The notes below the pieces were generated by a model that saw only the letters and a program-made list of their open reading frames with translations, had not been told where the DNA came from and searched no databases. The position numbers and the translations under genes are program-made. This document shows, piece after piece, positions 21,602 through 32,330 of a stretch of DNA of 64,000 bases. The DNA lies in NCBI GenBank assembly GCA_030651475.1, contig JAUSEW010000002.1:83927-147926 (forward strand), in the 5' to 3' direction. The DNA comes from Candidatus Levyibacteriota bacterium (GTDB taxonomy: Bacteria; Patescibacteriota; Microgenomatia; Levybacterales; UBA12049). Numbering within the stretch: position 1 is the first letter of the stretch; every line of letters begins with the position of its first letter.

Positions 21602-23341
21602 ATGGAAGTAATGCCCAACGATGATTCTAAGTTTGTCACAGAGAATAAAACGCTTTTAGATGTTTTGCTTTCGGAACGTCTTATAACCCCGTCGCAATAC
21701 GAAGAAATAAAGGTAAAAAGCGCCAGTCAAGGATTATCTTTAGAGTCGGTGCTTGCGTCTTTAAATATAGTACCGGAAGAAAAAATAACAGAGGCCAAAG
21801 CGAAGCTTTTGGGTATTCCTTTTGTGACTTTGGAGGGAACATCATTTTCCCCTCAAGCTTTGGGCTTAATGCCAAGAGCCGTAGTTGAGCGCTTTTTTCT
21901 TGTGCCATTTTCTTACGACGAAAAAACGAAGACCCTTTCCATTGCGATGAGTAACCCGGTCGATTTGGAAGCAATTTCGTTCGTGCGCCAAAAAACAGGG
22001 CTTAATATAAAAGTTTTTGCGGCATCTTCAAAAGACGTAGAAAAAGCGATAAACGAGCAATATCGTCAGGAGCTGGTTGGAGAAGTTGGGGAAGCTTTAA
22101 AAGAAACGGAAAGTCTGCATAAAACTCAAACCATTGACAGCAAAAAAATAGCAGAAATTATCAAAGAAGCTCCGATTGCCAAAATCGTCTCGACAGTTTT
22201 GGAATATGCAGTTACCAGCCGCGCTTCCGATGTTCACATCGAACCTCAAGAAGATAGGGTTAGGGTTAGGTATAGAATCGATGGAATTCTTTATGACAGA
22301 TTGAGTCTTCCCAAAAATGTTCAGGAGGCAGTTGTGTCGCGGATTAAAATTTTGTCCGATATGAAAATAGACGAGCATCGTACTCCTCAAGACGGAAGGT
22401 TTAATTTCAAAGTTGCAGACAAAGAAGTAGATCTGCGTATTTCTGTTCTGCCAACAACCTTTGGAGAAAAAATCGTCATGAGGCTTCTTCGGAAATCCGG
22501 CGGAATACCTACTCTTCAAGAATTAGGCTTAATGGGAAGTTCTTTGAAGAATTTGGAAACTGCGATACTGCGGCCGCACGGAATTATTATTGTCTGCGGT
22601 CCAACCGGAAGCGGAAAAACAACCACTCTTTATTCTGTTTTGTCCAAGCTCAACACCACCAGAGTTAACATAGTGACACTTGAAGATCCCGTTGAATACC
22701 AAATGCCCGGAATTAACCAGGTGCAAATAAATCCGGGGGTAGGGCTTACTTTCGCAACCGGACTTAGAGCGTTTCTTCGCCAAGATCCCAATATTATACT
22801 GGTTGGAGAAATACGAGACTCGGAAACAACAGAACTGGCTATTCAGGCCGCGCTAACAGGACATTTAGTATTTTCAACTTTGCATACTTCAAACGCCAGC
22901 GGTGCTTTGCCTAGACTGATAGATTTAGGCGCCGAAAGGTTTTTGCTTTCCTCTACTCTGAACGCGGTTTTGGCGCAAAGAATAGTTAGGAAAATTTGCA
23001 CCAATTGCAAAGAAGAATATATTCCCCTGCCCCAAATAATTCAGGAAATTAAGAATGGGTTGGGCAATCTTTTTCCGGCAACAGGAGAAACTGTTAAGCT
23101 ATACAAAGGTAAGGGTTGTGATGAATGCGGAGGTTCGGGATACTTGGGAAGGATTGGTATTTTCGAAACGCTTCCTGTCTCGGAGAAAATGTCAACGCTT
23201 ATTTTGCAAAATGCCGATAGCAATTCCATAGAAAAAGAAGCGATTTCGGAGGGTATGATTGTTCTAAAACAAGATGGGTATCTCAAAGCTCTTCAGGGGA
23301 TAACCACAGTTGAAGAAGTGCTAAGGGTGGCGCAGGAATAG
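21602..23341 (+). CDS. pilB: Type IV pilus assembly ATPase PilB/GspE
   Basis: ASDVHIEP, GPTGSGKTT, EDPVEY, LRQDPN, GHLVFSTLH, two CxxC. Confidence 0.95.
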   Translation: MEVMPNDDSKFVTENKTLLDVLLSERLITPSQYEEIKVKSASQGLSLESVLASLNIVPEEKITEAKAKLLGIPFVTLEGTSFSPQALGLMPRAVVERFFLVPFSYDEKTKTLSIAMSNPVDLEAISFVRQKTGLNIKVFAASSKDVEKAINEQYRQELVGEVGEALKETESLHKTQTIDSKKIAEIIKEAPIAKIVSTVLEYAVTSRASDVHIEPQEDRVRVRYRIDGILYDRLSLPKNVQEAVVSRIKILSDMKIDEHRTPQDGRFNFKVADKEVDLRISVLPTTFGEKIVMRLLRKSGGIPTLQELGLMGSSLKNLETAILRPHGIIIVCGPTGSGKTTTLYSVLSKLNTTRVNIVTLEDPVEYQMPGINQVQINPGVGLTFATGLRAFLRQDPNIILVGEIRDSETTELAIQAALTGHLVFSTLHTSNASGALPRLIDLGAERFLLSSTLNAVLAQRIVRKICTNCKEEYIPLPQIIQEIKNGLGNLFPATGETVKLYKGKGCDECGGSGYLGRIGIFETLPVSEKMSTLILQNADSNSIEKEAISEGMIVLKQDGYLKALQGITTVEEVLRVAQE

Positions 23342-23342
23342 T

Positions 23343-24410
23343 ATGGAAATACAAGAATTATTAAATTTAACAATTCAAAATAAAGCATCGGATCTGCATT
23401 TGCTGGCAGGTATTGTTCCGACAATACGTGTTGACGGCTCATTGGTATTCTTGCCGAATTACCCGGCAGTAACCAAAGAAGATGCGGAGCGAATGATATT
23501 TTCCATACTTACGCCATCCCAAAAAGAACTTTTGCTGGCGAATAAGGAATTGGACTTTTCCTTTGGATTCGGCGGAGGGACTTATGGCAATTTAGGCAGA
23601 TTTAGGGTTAATTTGTATTTTCAAAGAGGAATTCTTAGCGGGGCATTTCGTTTTCTGGAACCAAACATCAAGACAATTGATGATCTTCATTTGCCAAAAA
23701 TCGCTCACAATTTTGCTGCACTCAAGCAAGGATTTATTCTGGTTACAGGTCCGACAGGTCAGGGGAAATCAACAACTTTGGCGGCAATTATCAACGAAAT
23801 AAATGCCAATAAAGCAAACCATATTCTGACGATAGAAGATCCGATAGAATATATCTATCCAAGCGGAAAAAGCATTATTTCCCAACGTGAGATGGGTTCC
23901 GATACCCACTCCTGGGGAATGGCTCTAAAATCCGCGTTAAGAGAAGATCCGGATGTGGTTTTGGTCGGAGAAATGAGAGATCCCGAAACTATCTCATCCG
24001 CGATTACGGTGGCGGAAACAGGACACTTGGTGTTTTCAACTTTGCATACAAATTCTGCTTCCCAAACAATAGACAGAATTATTGATTCTTTTCCTTCCAG
24101 TCAGCAAACTCAAATAAAAATTCAGCTGGCATCAACCCTTAAAGGCATTATCTCCCAGCGTTTAGTCCCCATGATAAATGGCGGAAGAGTGCCTGCGGTT
24201 GAAATACTGATCGGTACTCCTGCGGTTGCCAACAATATCAGGGAAGGAAAAACACATTTGATTGATTCGATAATACAAACGTCTTCGGATGAAGGAATGA
24301 TTACTTTGGAGTCTTCGCTGGCTTCTCTAGTTCTGGCAGGCAGCATCAGCCTTGAGACCGCAAAGGAATATGCTCTGCATCAAGACGATCTTTTGCGTCT
24401 TGTTGGTTAA
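23343..24410 (+). CDS. pilT: Pilus retraction ATPase
   Basis: ASDLHL, GPTGQGKST, LREDPD, AETGHLV, AVANNIREGK. Confidence 0.95.
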   Translation: MEIQELLNLTIQNKASDLHLLAGIVPTIRVDGSLVFLPNYPAVTKEDAERMIFSILTPSQKELLLANKELDFSFGFGGGTYGNLGRFRVNLYFQRGILSGAFRFLEPNIKTIDDLHLPKIAHNFAALKQGFILVTGPTGQGKSTTLAAIINEINANKANHILTIEDPIEYIYPSGKSIISQREMGSDTHSWGMALKSALREDPDVVLVGEMRDPETISSAITVAETGHLVFSTLHTNSASQTIDRIIDSFPSSQQTQIKIQLASTLKGIISQRLVPMINGGRVPAVEILIGTPAVANNIREGKTHLIDSIIQTSSDEGMITLESSLASLVLAGSISLETAKEYALHQDDLLRLVG

Positions 24411-24413
24411 CTT

Positions 24414-25622
24414 ATGAGATTATTGTATCAAGCTGTAACTAGAGAAGGGAAAAAAGTCAGAGGAGTAATTAATGCCAACGATACTAATGAGGCGACAGCC
24501 TATCTTCGCAGCAAGAATTTCATCCCGATAAGCATTTCCAAGGAAAGCAAAAGTAAATTTTTAGACGCTCTTCCCATGTTTTCCCAAAAAATTACCGCTT
24601 CGGATTTAGTGATTTTTACCAGACAATTATCTTCAATGCTGACAGCAGGGCTTACTCTGATTAAATCTTTGGAAATTCTTAAGGAGCAGTTGGAGAAAGA
24701 GGCGATGATAGAAATTGTCGATAATATAATTACCGATATAGAGGAAGGGTCAACTTTTTCCTCTGCAATTGCCAAATATCCGCAGGTTTTTTCATCGATA
24801 TACGTTTCTCTTATAAAAGCGTCCGAAACATCCGGACTTTTGGATAGATCCCTTTTGAGGCTTGCCGATAATTTGGAAAAACAGCAAAAATTAAAAGGGA
24901 CCATCAGATCCGCTCTGATGTACCCAATTATAGTTATAATTTTGATGGTTGTGGTAGTTGCGATTATGATGGTTTTTGTTATTCCCCAGCTGTCTGTCTT
25001 GTATAATGATCTGAATATTCCTTTGCCTTTGCCTACGCAAATAATCGTGAGTCTTTCCAACTTCGTTATAATTTTCTGGCCTGTTATATTGGCAGCAATA
25101 GTATTGAGCGTATTTTTTTACAAGCGTTGGCACAAAACAGAAAACGGACAGCTGATTATTGATAATTTGCTTCTCAAACTTCCGGTTTTTGGTGTTCTTA
25201 TCAGGAAAACAATTCTTGTGGAATTTTCAAGAACTTTGGGGTTAATGATAGGAACAGGAAGCTTGGTTGTGGAGTCTTTGATAAAAACATCAGACATAAG
25301 CGGAAATATTCATTATAAAAATGCGATTTTGGATGTTGCCAGGAGAGTGGAAAAAGGAGTAACTGTCGGAGATGCAATGGCAGCTTATACTTTATTCCCG
25401 CCGGTTCTTGTTCAGCTGGTGAAAATCGGGGAACAGACAGGAAAGCTTGATGAAACTCTGATTAGAGCGTCTGAATATTTTGAAGGGGAAGTAAATGAGA
25501 CTGTTAAAGCCTTAACAACCGCGCTTGAGCCATTCATTATGGTAGTTTTGGGAATCGGCGTTGCCTTTTTAATTATTTCCGTCATAACACCAATTTACAG
25601 CTTAACCTCGTCTATTCAATGA
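24414..25622 (+). CDS. pilC: PilC/GspF platform protein
   Basis: FTRQLSSML, ALMYP, GEQTGKLD, LEP motifs. Confidence 0.95.
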   Translation: MRLLYQAVTREGKKVRGVINANDTNEATAYLRSKNFIPISISKESKSKFLDALPMFSQKITASDLVIFTRQLSSMLTAGLTLIKSLEILKEQLEKEAMIEIVDNIITDIEEGSTFSSAIAKYPQVFSSIYVSLIKASETSGLLDRSLLRLADNLEKQQKLKGTIRSALMYPIIVIILMVVVVAIMMVFVIPQLSVLYNDLNIPLPLPTQIIVSLSNFVIIFWPVILAAIVLSVFFYKRWHKTENGQLIIDNLLLKLPVFGVLIRKTILVEFSRTLGLMIGTGSLVVESLIKTSDISGNIHYKNAILDVARRVEKGVTVGDAMAAYTLFPPVLVQLVKIGEQTGKLDETLIRASEYFEGEVNETVKALTTALEPFIMVVLGIGVAFLIISVITPIYSLTSSIQ

Positions 25623-25689
25623 TTGCTATTCTACTTTGCCCCCTTGACAAGGAAAATATAATGTGTTCTACTAAATATATAGGCAAATA

Positions 25690-26286
25690 ATGAAAAGAAT
25701 TTATAACAAGCTTTTTTCTTTCGGTTCTAAGGGTTTTACTCTAATTGAGCTACTTGTGGTTATAGGTATCCTAGGCATTCTTGCTTCAGCTCTTATCGCT
25801 ACCATTGACCCCTTCGAACAGCTCAAGAAAGCAACAGATGCAAAAATAAAAAATATTACCGTAGAGTTCCAGACAGCGTTGGTAAGGTATTACACAACAC
25901 ATGGTAAATTCCCTTGGAATGATCAAGCTAGCATAGATAACAATACTAATCCGGCTTGTACGGCGCTTAGTTCAGCTGTGATATCAGGTCAAAAACTTAA
26001 CGTTGCAGCAGTAAAATCATGTATTGATAATGCAGGTGGTGCAAGCTTGATTGCAGAGGGAGAGCTAAAAAGTTCATTCACGTCTAGCGTAGATGATCTT
26101 GGCCAAGTGTATCTCACTTGGGATCCGGCCAATGCCACAAATGCAGTTATTTGCTTCAGTCCAACATCAAAATCTCAAAAAGGCGCTCCGGATACGAAAT
26201 GGACAGATGCACAGGGAGCCACAACCGGAGCAACTTGTCCAAGTTCAACAGCAGCAGACAATGTATGTTTCTGGTGCACACAGTAA
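25690..26286 (+). CDS. Type IV pilin, likely the major pilin
   Basis: KGFTLIELLVV prepilin motif; TTGACA upstream; several Cys. Confidence 0.85.
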   Translation: MKRIYNKLFSFGSKGFTLIELLVVIGILGILASALIATIDPFEQLKKATDAKIKNITVEFQTALVRYYTTHGKFPWNDQASIDNNTNPACTALSSAVISGQKLNVAAVKSCIDNAGGASLIAEGELKSSFTSSVDDLGQVYLTWDPANATNAVICFSPTSKSQKGAPDTKWTDAQGATTGATCPSSTAADNVCFWCTQ

Positions 26287-26347
26287 ACTTCATATATCCT
26301 CTTAAATAAATAATTTGCTATACTAAATTAAACTTTGATTTTATTGG

Positions 26348-27136
26348 ATGAATAGCTTATTCGCTTTTTATATTTTTGTCATCGGTTTATTTATCGGGTC
26401 GTTTTTAAATGTCTTAATCGATAGGATTCCCAAAAGAAATTTATTCCGAAAGAAAAGGTCGTATTGCGACTCGTGCAAGAAAACTCTCAAATGGTATGAT
26501 TTAATTCCTGTTTTTTCATTTATTTTTTTGCAAGGAAAATGCCGTTATTGCCGCTTCCCTATTTCACTTTATTACCCTATCGTTGAGTTGATTACGGCGT
26601 CTTTATTTGTACTGACGTTTAATTTTATTTCTTCAGGCGGAATAATGAATCAAGAATTAAGAATCATGGACGCAATAGGACTAGTATATTACCTATTTAT
26701 AATTTCTTCTTTCATCGTTGTTTTTTTTACAGACTTAAAATATGGAATTATTCCGGATAAAGTTTTATTGGCCGCAATTTCGCTTTCTATTTTTTACTTA
26801 TTCTTTATTCACAATTCATTATTCATGATTCATCTTTTGTCTGGCGTTGGAGCGTTTTTATTATTCTTACTGTTGCACTTAATTACCAGAGGTAAAGGGA
26901 TGGGATTTGGAGATGTAAAGCTTGTTTTCTTGATTGGTCTTTTTTTGGGCATTCTTAATGCAATTCTAGCTTTATACTTAGCATTCTTGACAGGGGCTGT
27001 GGTTGGGCTCATACTAATTTTATGGGGAAAAAGAAAGTTTTTTGGGGGGAAAATTCCCTTCGGTCCGTTTTTGGTTTTGGGAACATTTATAAGTTTATTT
27101 TTGGGAGAAAAAATAATCAAGGTTTTACTCTGGTAG
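26348..27136 (+). CDS. pilD: Prepilin peptidase
   Basis: GSFLNV, two CxxC, DLKY..IPD, GMGFGDVKL, IPFGPFL. Confidence 0.93.
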   Translation: MNSLFAFYIFVIGLFIGSFLNVLIDRIPKRNLFRKKRSYCDSCKKTLKWYDLIPVFSFIFLQGKCRYCRFPISLYYPIVELITASLFVLTFNFISSGGIMNQELRIMDAIGLVYYLFIISSFIVVFFTDLKYGIIPDKVLLAAISLSIFYLFFIHNSLFMIHLLSGVGAFLLFLLLHLITRGKGMGFGDVKLVFLIGLFLGILNAILALYLAFLTGAVVGLILILWGKRKFFGGKIPFGPFLVLGTFISLFLGEKIIKVLLW

Positions 27137-27891
27137 AGCTTGTTGTTGTGCTGGTAATTTTGGCAGTTCTTGGAGGCATAAGCCTAACCCTACTTAATCC
27201 TAAGAAATATATTGATCAGGCAAAGGATGCGAAAAGAGCTCATGATTTAACTCAAATTCAGAGCGCGCTGGATACGTATTATAATGATTACAATTATTAT
27301 CCTACGTTATTAAGTCAATTAAACAACGATCCGACTAAAATTTATATGAAAGATATTCCTACGGATCCGGATACAGGTTTTTTTTATCCTTATGAAATTA
27401 ATGTTGATGAAACTCTTCCGCAATGGAACATACTATTTGCAAAAGTTTCTACGAAGTCAAACATGCGGTCGGCTTGTCCGTTAGATCAGTTTTCTGACTC
27501 CGGTTGCATACCACCAAACTATGACTCTTCATATATCTGTGTTTTATCAGGGAAAATTGATTGCGATTATGTTAAAGCCGCAATAGTTCTGCCGCCCATA
27601 GTTCCAACTGGCGCTCCAACTTCAATACCAACGCTTAATCCTACGCCCACTACTCCTTTTGGCGGTCCGACAAATACTCCGACTCCGACCGGATTCTTAA
27701 CGCCAACTCCAACAGGCACACTTAACCCAACTCCAACGTCTATTTTTACTCCAACGCCCACATTTCCTCCGCCTCCCACACCTACTCCTACCCCTTGTTC
27801 TAAGGATTGGGCTTGTAGGCCAGGATGCAATAATGTGCCAGCGAATACCGGAGATTTTTGCTCACCGACTTGTAATGGAGCTTGCCAATGA
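27022..27891 (+). CDS. GspG-like pilin with Pro/Thr linker and Cys-rich tail
   Basis: QGFTLVEL, AKDAKR..DL..IQ.AL..Y, PTPT repeats; start uncertain, overlaps pilD. Confidence 0.8.
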   Translation: MGKKKVFWGENSLRSVFGFGNIYKFIFGRKNNQGFTLVELVVVLVILAVLGGISLTLLNPKKYIDQAKDAKRAHDLTQIQSALDTYYNDYNYYPTLLSQLNNDPTKIYMKDIPTDPDTGFFYPYEINVDETLPQWNILFAKVSTKSNMRSACPLDQFSDSGCIPPNYDSSYICVLSGKIDCDYVKAAIVLPPIVPTGAPTSIPTLNPTPTTPFGGPTNTPTPTGFLTPTPTGTLNPTPTSIFTPTPTFPPPPTPTPTPCSKDWACRPGCNNVPANTGDFCSPTCNGACQ

Positions 27892-28424
27892 GAACAAAAA
27901 AAGGTTTTACTCTTATAGAGCTGATTGTTGTTATAGGTATTTTGGCTGTGTTGGCAAGTGCTTTGATAGCTATCTTTAATCCGTTTACGCAGTTTCAGAA
28001 AGCCAACGATGCCAAAAGGAAATCCGATCTTTCTCAAATCCAAAAAAGCCTGGAAGTTTATTATCAGGATAATGGCAGATATCCTTCGAATACAGCAAAT
28101 TACGGAAGTGGCATAGCCGATTATCAGATTATTAGCCAGGATGCAAACGATCCTGTAAAAGAATGGGGTACTTCTTGGCAGCCATATATAAATATTTTAC
28201 CCAAAGATCCAAATAGTGCAAAACGATATGTATACTATGTTTCGCCTGCAAGCAATGGACAAGGTTATTATTTGTATGCTAGTCTGGATAGAGCAGGCAA
28301 AGATCCGCAGGCATGCAATACTTCAGGAACGGATTGCGTAAATGTCCCGGCTCCTATGTCTTGCGGATATAACAATGACTATAATTGCAATTATGGAATA
28401 TCAAGTCCGAATTTAAGCCCATGA
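27882..28424 (+). CDS. GspG-like minor pilin
   Basis: KGFTLIEL, DAKRKSDL..IQ, LPKDP. Confidence 0.85.
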   Translation: MPMRTKKGFTLIELIVVIGILAVLASALIAIFNPFTQFQKANDAKRKSDLSQIQKSLEVYYQDNGRYPSNTANYGSGIADYQIISQDANDPVKEWGTSWQPYINILPKDPNSAKRYVYYVSPASNGQGYYLYASLDRAGKDPQACNTSGTDCVNVPAPMSCGYNNDYNCNYGISSPNLSP

Positions 28425-28894
28425 CAACAATTTTAAATTTCAAATTTCAAATTTCAAATTCGAAGAGGGGGTTTACTTTGATAGAACTCTTGATTGTAGT
28501 TTCTATTATCGGAGTATTGGCAACTTTGCTGATGACAAATTTTATAGGCATCAGACAGCGTGCAAGGGACGCCCAACGCAAAGGAGATCTCAAGCAGATT
28601 CAATCATCGCTTGAGCTTTACAGAGCAGATCAAGGAAGTTATCCCGCATCTCCTTTAGCAGCATGTGGAGTATCGAAACTTGAGGGAGGGAATCCCCCGG
28701 TTACATATATGCAAAAAATTCCATGCGATCCATTAAATGTCGCACCATATGCATATACCTATCTTTTAAACGGCGATGGTACATATAGCATACATTCATG
28801 TTTAGAAAACGTAAGTGATTCACAGAAAGACGCAGTAAATAGTAGCCCTTGTGATGGAACAAATAATTGGTCTTTTACAGTTCAAAATCCATGA
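28421..28894 (+). CDS. GspG-like pilin
   Basis: RGFTLIEL, ARDAQRKGDL; leader contains a heptamer repeat (LNFKFQISN). Confidence 0.85.
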   Translation: MTTILNFKFQISNSKRGFTLIELLIVVSIIGVLATLLMTNFIGIRQRARDAQRKGDLKQIQSSLELYRADQGSYPASPLAACGVSKLEGGNPPVTYMQKIPCDPLNVAPYAYTYLLNGDGTYSIHSCLENVSDSQKDAVNSSPCDGTNNWSFTVQNP

Positions 28895-29382
28895 AAAATT
28901 ATGGTTTTACTCTTATTGAGCTTATCGTTGCGTTTTCCGTAATAGCTTTATTGTCAACAGTTGGAATAGCATCTTTCGTAAGCTACAGCCGTAATCAAGC
29001 TCTTGTCGTAAGCGCTAAAGATTTGGTAAATACTCTTAATCTTGCGAAATCCCGCAGTCTGTCTCAAGTTCTGGAGCCTTCGCAGTGTTCAGGACAGAGT
29101 CTTATCGGTTACGAAGTCAGATTGTGCGGTCTTCTAACATCAAGCTGTCCTCCGCTAGCAGACTATAGTTACGAACTAAACGTAGTATGCTCGGGAATTA
29201 TCGTTCCGCCGATAGAAACAAAAAAGTTACCACCCGGTGTTAGTTTTGATAATGCAACTCAAACTACATCGTTTCTCTTCCCAATTCTAACAGGCGGAGT
29301 GAAGGGCAGCGGGGCAATTGTTTTATCGGGATATGGACAAACAAAAACAGTCACAGTTAGTAATTCCGGTGTTATCCAATGA
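28891..29382 (+). CDS. FimT/GspH-like minor pilin
   Basis: GFTLIEL..., LNLAKSRS. Confidence 0.8.
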   Translation: MKNYGFTLIELIVAFSVIALLSTVGIASFVSYSRNQALVVSAKDLVNTLNLAKSRSLSQVLEPSQCSGQSLIGYEVRLCGLLTSSCPPLADYSYELNVVCSGIIVPPIETKKLPPGVSFDNATQTTSFLFPILTGGVKGSGAIVLSGYGQTKTVTVSNSGVIQ

Positions 29383-29870
29383 AAATAAAAAAGCTACTTT
29401 TCAACAGGTACGAACGCGGGCAGACTTTAATTGAAGTTTTAGTTGCTTTGGGCGCGGCAGTGGCAGTTCTTTTTGGCATAACAGTTGCGGTTATCTCCTC
29501 GCTTAATAATGCGCAGTTTACTCAAAATCAAAATCTAGCTAATAAATATGCTTCGCAGGGAATGGAAATCGTAAGACAGCTTAGGGATTCCAGCTCTTCC
29601 GGTCTTTCCCAGTATTCAAATACTTACTATTGTTTGGGTCAGGATGGAGAATTAAAGGCGAAAGGCTTGGGGTGCGGACAAAACGTGGGAGTTTTTGTAC
29701 GGGAAGTTAATTTGGATCAAAATTCTTCTTCATGCGGCGAAACCGGTGTTTTGTCAACAGTATTAGTTTCATGGTCAGATAGTGCTTGCGCAAACATTTC
29801 CAATCCCTATTGTCACCAAGTGAAATTAATTTCCTGTTTTTCTAATCCTGCTACAATATCAGCACCATGA
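29379..29870 (+). CDS. PilV-like minor pilin
   Basis: GQTLIEVLVA, A..YASQGMEIVR. Confidence 0.8.
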   Translation: MKIKKLLFNRYERGQTLIEVLVALGAAVAVLFGITVAVISSLNNAQFTQNQNLANKYASQGMEIVRQLRDSSSSGLSQYSNTYYCLGQDGELKAKGLGCGQNVGVFVREVNLDQNSSSCGETGVLSTVLVSWSDSACANISNPYCHQVKLISCFSNPATISAP

Positions 29871-30430
29871 GAAAAAATAATAGGGGTTTTACTCTCGTAG
29901 AGCTTTTGGCTGTTTCTGCGGTTATGGTTGTAGTTAGCGTCATAGTAACGGCTACGATAACGTCTTCTCTTCGCGGAACTACCAAGACGAATACGATTAA
30001 TGATGTCAGGCAAAACGGCAATTATGCAATTGCTCAAGTTTCAAAAATGATTGAATACGCCAAAAGTTTTGGCGGAGTTAGCAATGATTATAATGGACCT
30101 TTCGATTCAAACTGTACTAACTTAACGCCTCCCTTAACTCCAACACCTACGCCCTCACAGTTTAGCTATATTAAGATAACAGGATTTGACAATGGACAAA
30201 CAATTTTTGGCTGTTCTTCGACAATTGCGTCCAATAGCGCATCTTTGATAGACACTAATTTAGTTTCCGTAGATTCATGCTCATTTACATGCGAGCGCGC
30301 AAGGATTACTGATTCTCCAATCATTGGAATAAACTTTTCTCTTAGCAAGAAAACAACCAGTAGTTTATTCGAGAACAAGGCTTTCGTCCCATTTAAAACC
30401 TCGGTTAAAATGAGAAATTTAAGTAATTAA
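29867..30430 (+). CDS. PilW-like minor pilin
   Basis: RGFTLVELL, C-terminal TSVKMRN. Confidence 0.8.
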   Translation: MRKNNRGFTLVELLAVSAVMVVVSVIVTATITSSLRGTTKTNTINDVRQNGNYAIAQVSKMIEYAKSFGGVSNDYNGPFDSNCTNLTPPLTPTPTPSQFSYIKITGFDNGQTIFGCSSTIASNSASLIDTNLVSVDSCSFTCERARITDSPIIGINFSLSKKTTSSLFENKAFVPFKTSVKMRNLSN

Positions 30431-30477
30431 GGTACGTTTTGTTGACAACTGGATTTAACAGCTGTTATTCTTAAAAT

Positions 30478-31263
30478 ATGCACAAAAACGAAAAAGGACA
30501 AATACTTCTTATAGTAGTTTTAGTAATGATAGTTTCTCTGACCGTGGGTTTGTCTGTTGCTTCAAGAAGCATTACAAACTTACGTACTTCAACAGAAGAG
30601 GTTAGTTCCCAAAAAGCCTTAGCTGCAGCTGAAGCAGGAATTGAGCAGTCCATATTATCAAATGCTTCTATAGCAAGCGGTGAAATTTACATAGGCACTA
30701 CATATTCAACAACCGTTACGGAAGTTAAGGGAACAAGCTTTTTGGTTAAGGGGGGGAATACGATTGCGCAGGATGAGGGAGCAGATATTTGGCTATCAGA
30801 TTATTCTAAAGATTCTGCCAAACTATATTTAAATCCCTGGAACGGCAATCTGACAATTTACTGGGGAAATTCTTCGGACTCTTGTTCAAATCCCGCTTTG
30901 GAAATAGTTATTGTTTCCGGGACGAAAATTTCTCCGAAGATTAACCGTTATGCATTCGATCCGTGTTCTTCGCGAGCAAGTAATAATCATTTTACCCCGG
31001 CGTTATCAGGCGGAAGTGTTGAAGGTGTGAATTTTTCATCCTCAACTCCTCCTATTAGTATTGCATCAGGATTAATTGCCAAAATTATTCCTCTTTACTC
31101 GTCAGGACAGATAGGAGTTGTTGGGGATGTTGCTTTACCTTCTCAAGGTTTTATTACTGACTCAACCGGTAAATCCGGTAATACTGTTAAAAAAATTAAT
31201 GCTTTTCAAGGTTATCCGCAGCTTTCGGCACAATATTTTTCCTATGGCCTTTTCTCGCATTAA
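30478..31263 (+). CDS. PilX-like minor pilin
   Basis: KGQILL (no E5), ALAAAEAGIE. Confidence 0.8.
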   Translation: MHKNEKGQILLIVVLVMIVSLTVGLSVASRSITNLRTSTEEVSSQKALAAAEAGIEQSILSNASIASGEIYIGTTYSTTVTEVKGTSFLVKGGNTIAQDEGADIWLSDYSKDSAKLYLNPWNGNLTIYWGNSSDSCSNPALEIVIVSGTKISPKINRYAFDPCSSRASNNHFTPALSGGSVEGVNFSSSTPPISIASGLIAKIIPLYSSGQIGVVGDVALPSQGFITDSTGKSGNTVKKINAFQGYPQLSAQYFSYGLFSH

Positions 31264-31274
31264 TAGAATAAATT

Positions 31275-32330
31275 ATGAGTAATTCATCTTTTGGATTAGA
31301 CATCGGAGTAACCAATACCAGAGCCGTCTGGTTGGATTACGCAAAGGAGGGATTTTTATTAAAGGCATCTGCTATTGCCCCTACTCCTCCCAAAAGCGTT
31401 CTTTCCGAGTCCCCCTTGGATCAGGAAGAAATGGCTCAAGCTATAAGAAACGTTGTAGATAAAGCCAAAATAACAGTAAGAAACGTTAATATAGCATTTC
31501 CGGAAAATCAGGTCTATACGAAAGTTATAGATATGCCGGTTCTTTCCGATAAAGAGCTTGCATTTGGCATATATTGGGAGGCGGAGCAATATATTCCTGT
31601 GCCTCTTTCCACAATAACTTTGGTTTGGAGCGTCTTAAAAAAACCGCAAAAGATAGAGGTAGGATCAACAGAGAAAATGCAGGTTCTGATGGTAGGGGCG
31701 CCAACGGCGCTTATAAATAAATATCAAAAAATACTCTCAATGGCCGGGCTGAATATCGTGTCAATTGAAACGGAGATATTGTCTGCAATAAGAGCTCTAG
31801 TTCCCTTCAAAGCAAATGTAAATATTGTTCCGCCTACAACAGTGATAATTAGTATCGGAGCAGTTAGCACCTCTCTCGCAATTATAAAAGAAGGGATATT
31901 GGTTTTTACGTATTCTATACCAATAGGAGGAATAGCAATCAACCGAGCCATCGAGTCTGATTTCGGACTAACTTTGCCCCAAGCAGAAGAATATAAGAAA
32001 ACCTACGGTTTTTCCAAAGAAGGCGTCGGAGGAAAAATTGGGAAATCTATAGAACCTATTCTGACTTCGATTGCGGCAGAGGTAAAAAAATCTTTAGCGT
32101 TTTATGCGCAAAAATACAATAATCAATCCCCTATTCAGCAGATCTTGCTTTCAGGAGGAACGGCGAAACTACCAGGAATCGATCTTTTCTTTGCGCAAGA
32201 TACAGGTATAGAAACTGCTATCGGCAATCCCTGGAAAGTTTTAACAAGTCAGGAAGTACCTAAAGATATAATAGACCAAGCTTCCGATTATTCGGTAGCC
32301 GTAGGTTTGGCTATGAAGGGCTATGATTAA
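31275..32330 (+). CDS. pilM: Type IV pilus assembly protein PilM
   Basis: GLDIG, WEAEQYIP, LSGGTAKL, AVGLAM. Confidence 0.93.
   Translation: MSNSSFGLDIGVTNTRAVWLDYAKEGFLLKASAIAPTPPKSVLSESPLDQEEMAQAIRNVVDKAKITVRNVNIAFPENQVYTKVIDMPVLSDKELAFGIYWEAEQYIPVPLSTITLVWSVLKKPQKIEVGSTEKMQVLMVGAPTALINKYQKILSMAGLNIVSIETEILSAIRALVPFKANVNIVPPTTVIISIGAVSTSLAIIKEGILVFTYSIPIGGIAINRAIESDFGLTLPQAEEYKKTYGFSKEGVGGKIGKSIEPILTSIAAEVKKSLAFYAQKYNNQSPIQQILLSGGTAKLPGIDLFFAQDTGIETAIGNPWKVLTSQEVPKDIIDQASDYSVAVGLAMKGYD

Noticed and set aside
27595-27795. DNA tandem repeat
   Set aside because: Explained by Pro/Thr codons with varied third positions; a protein-level low-complexity linker.
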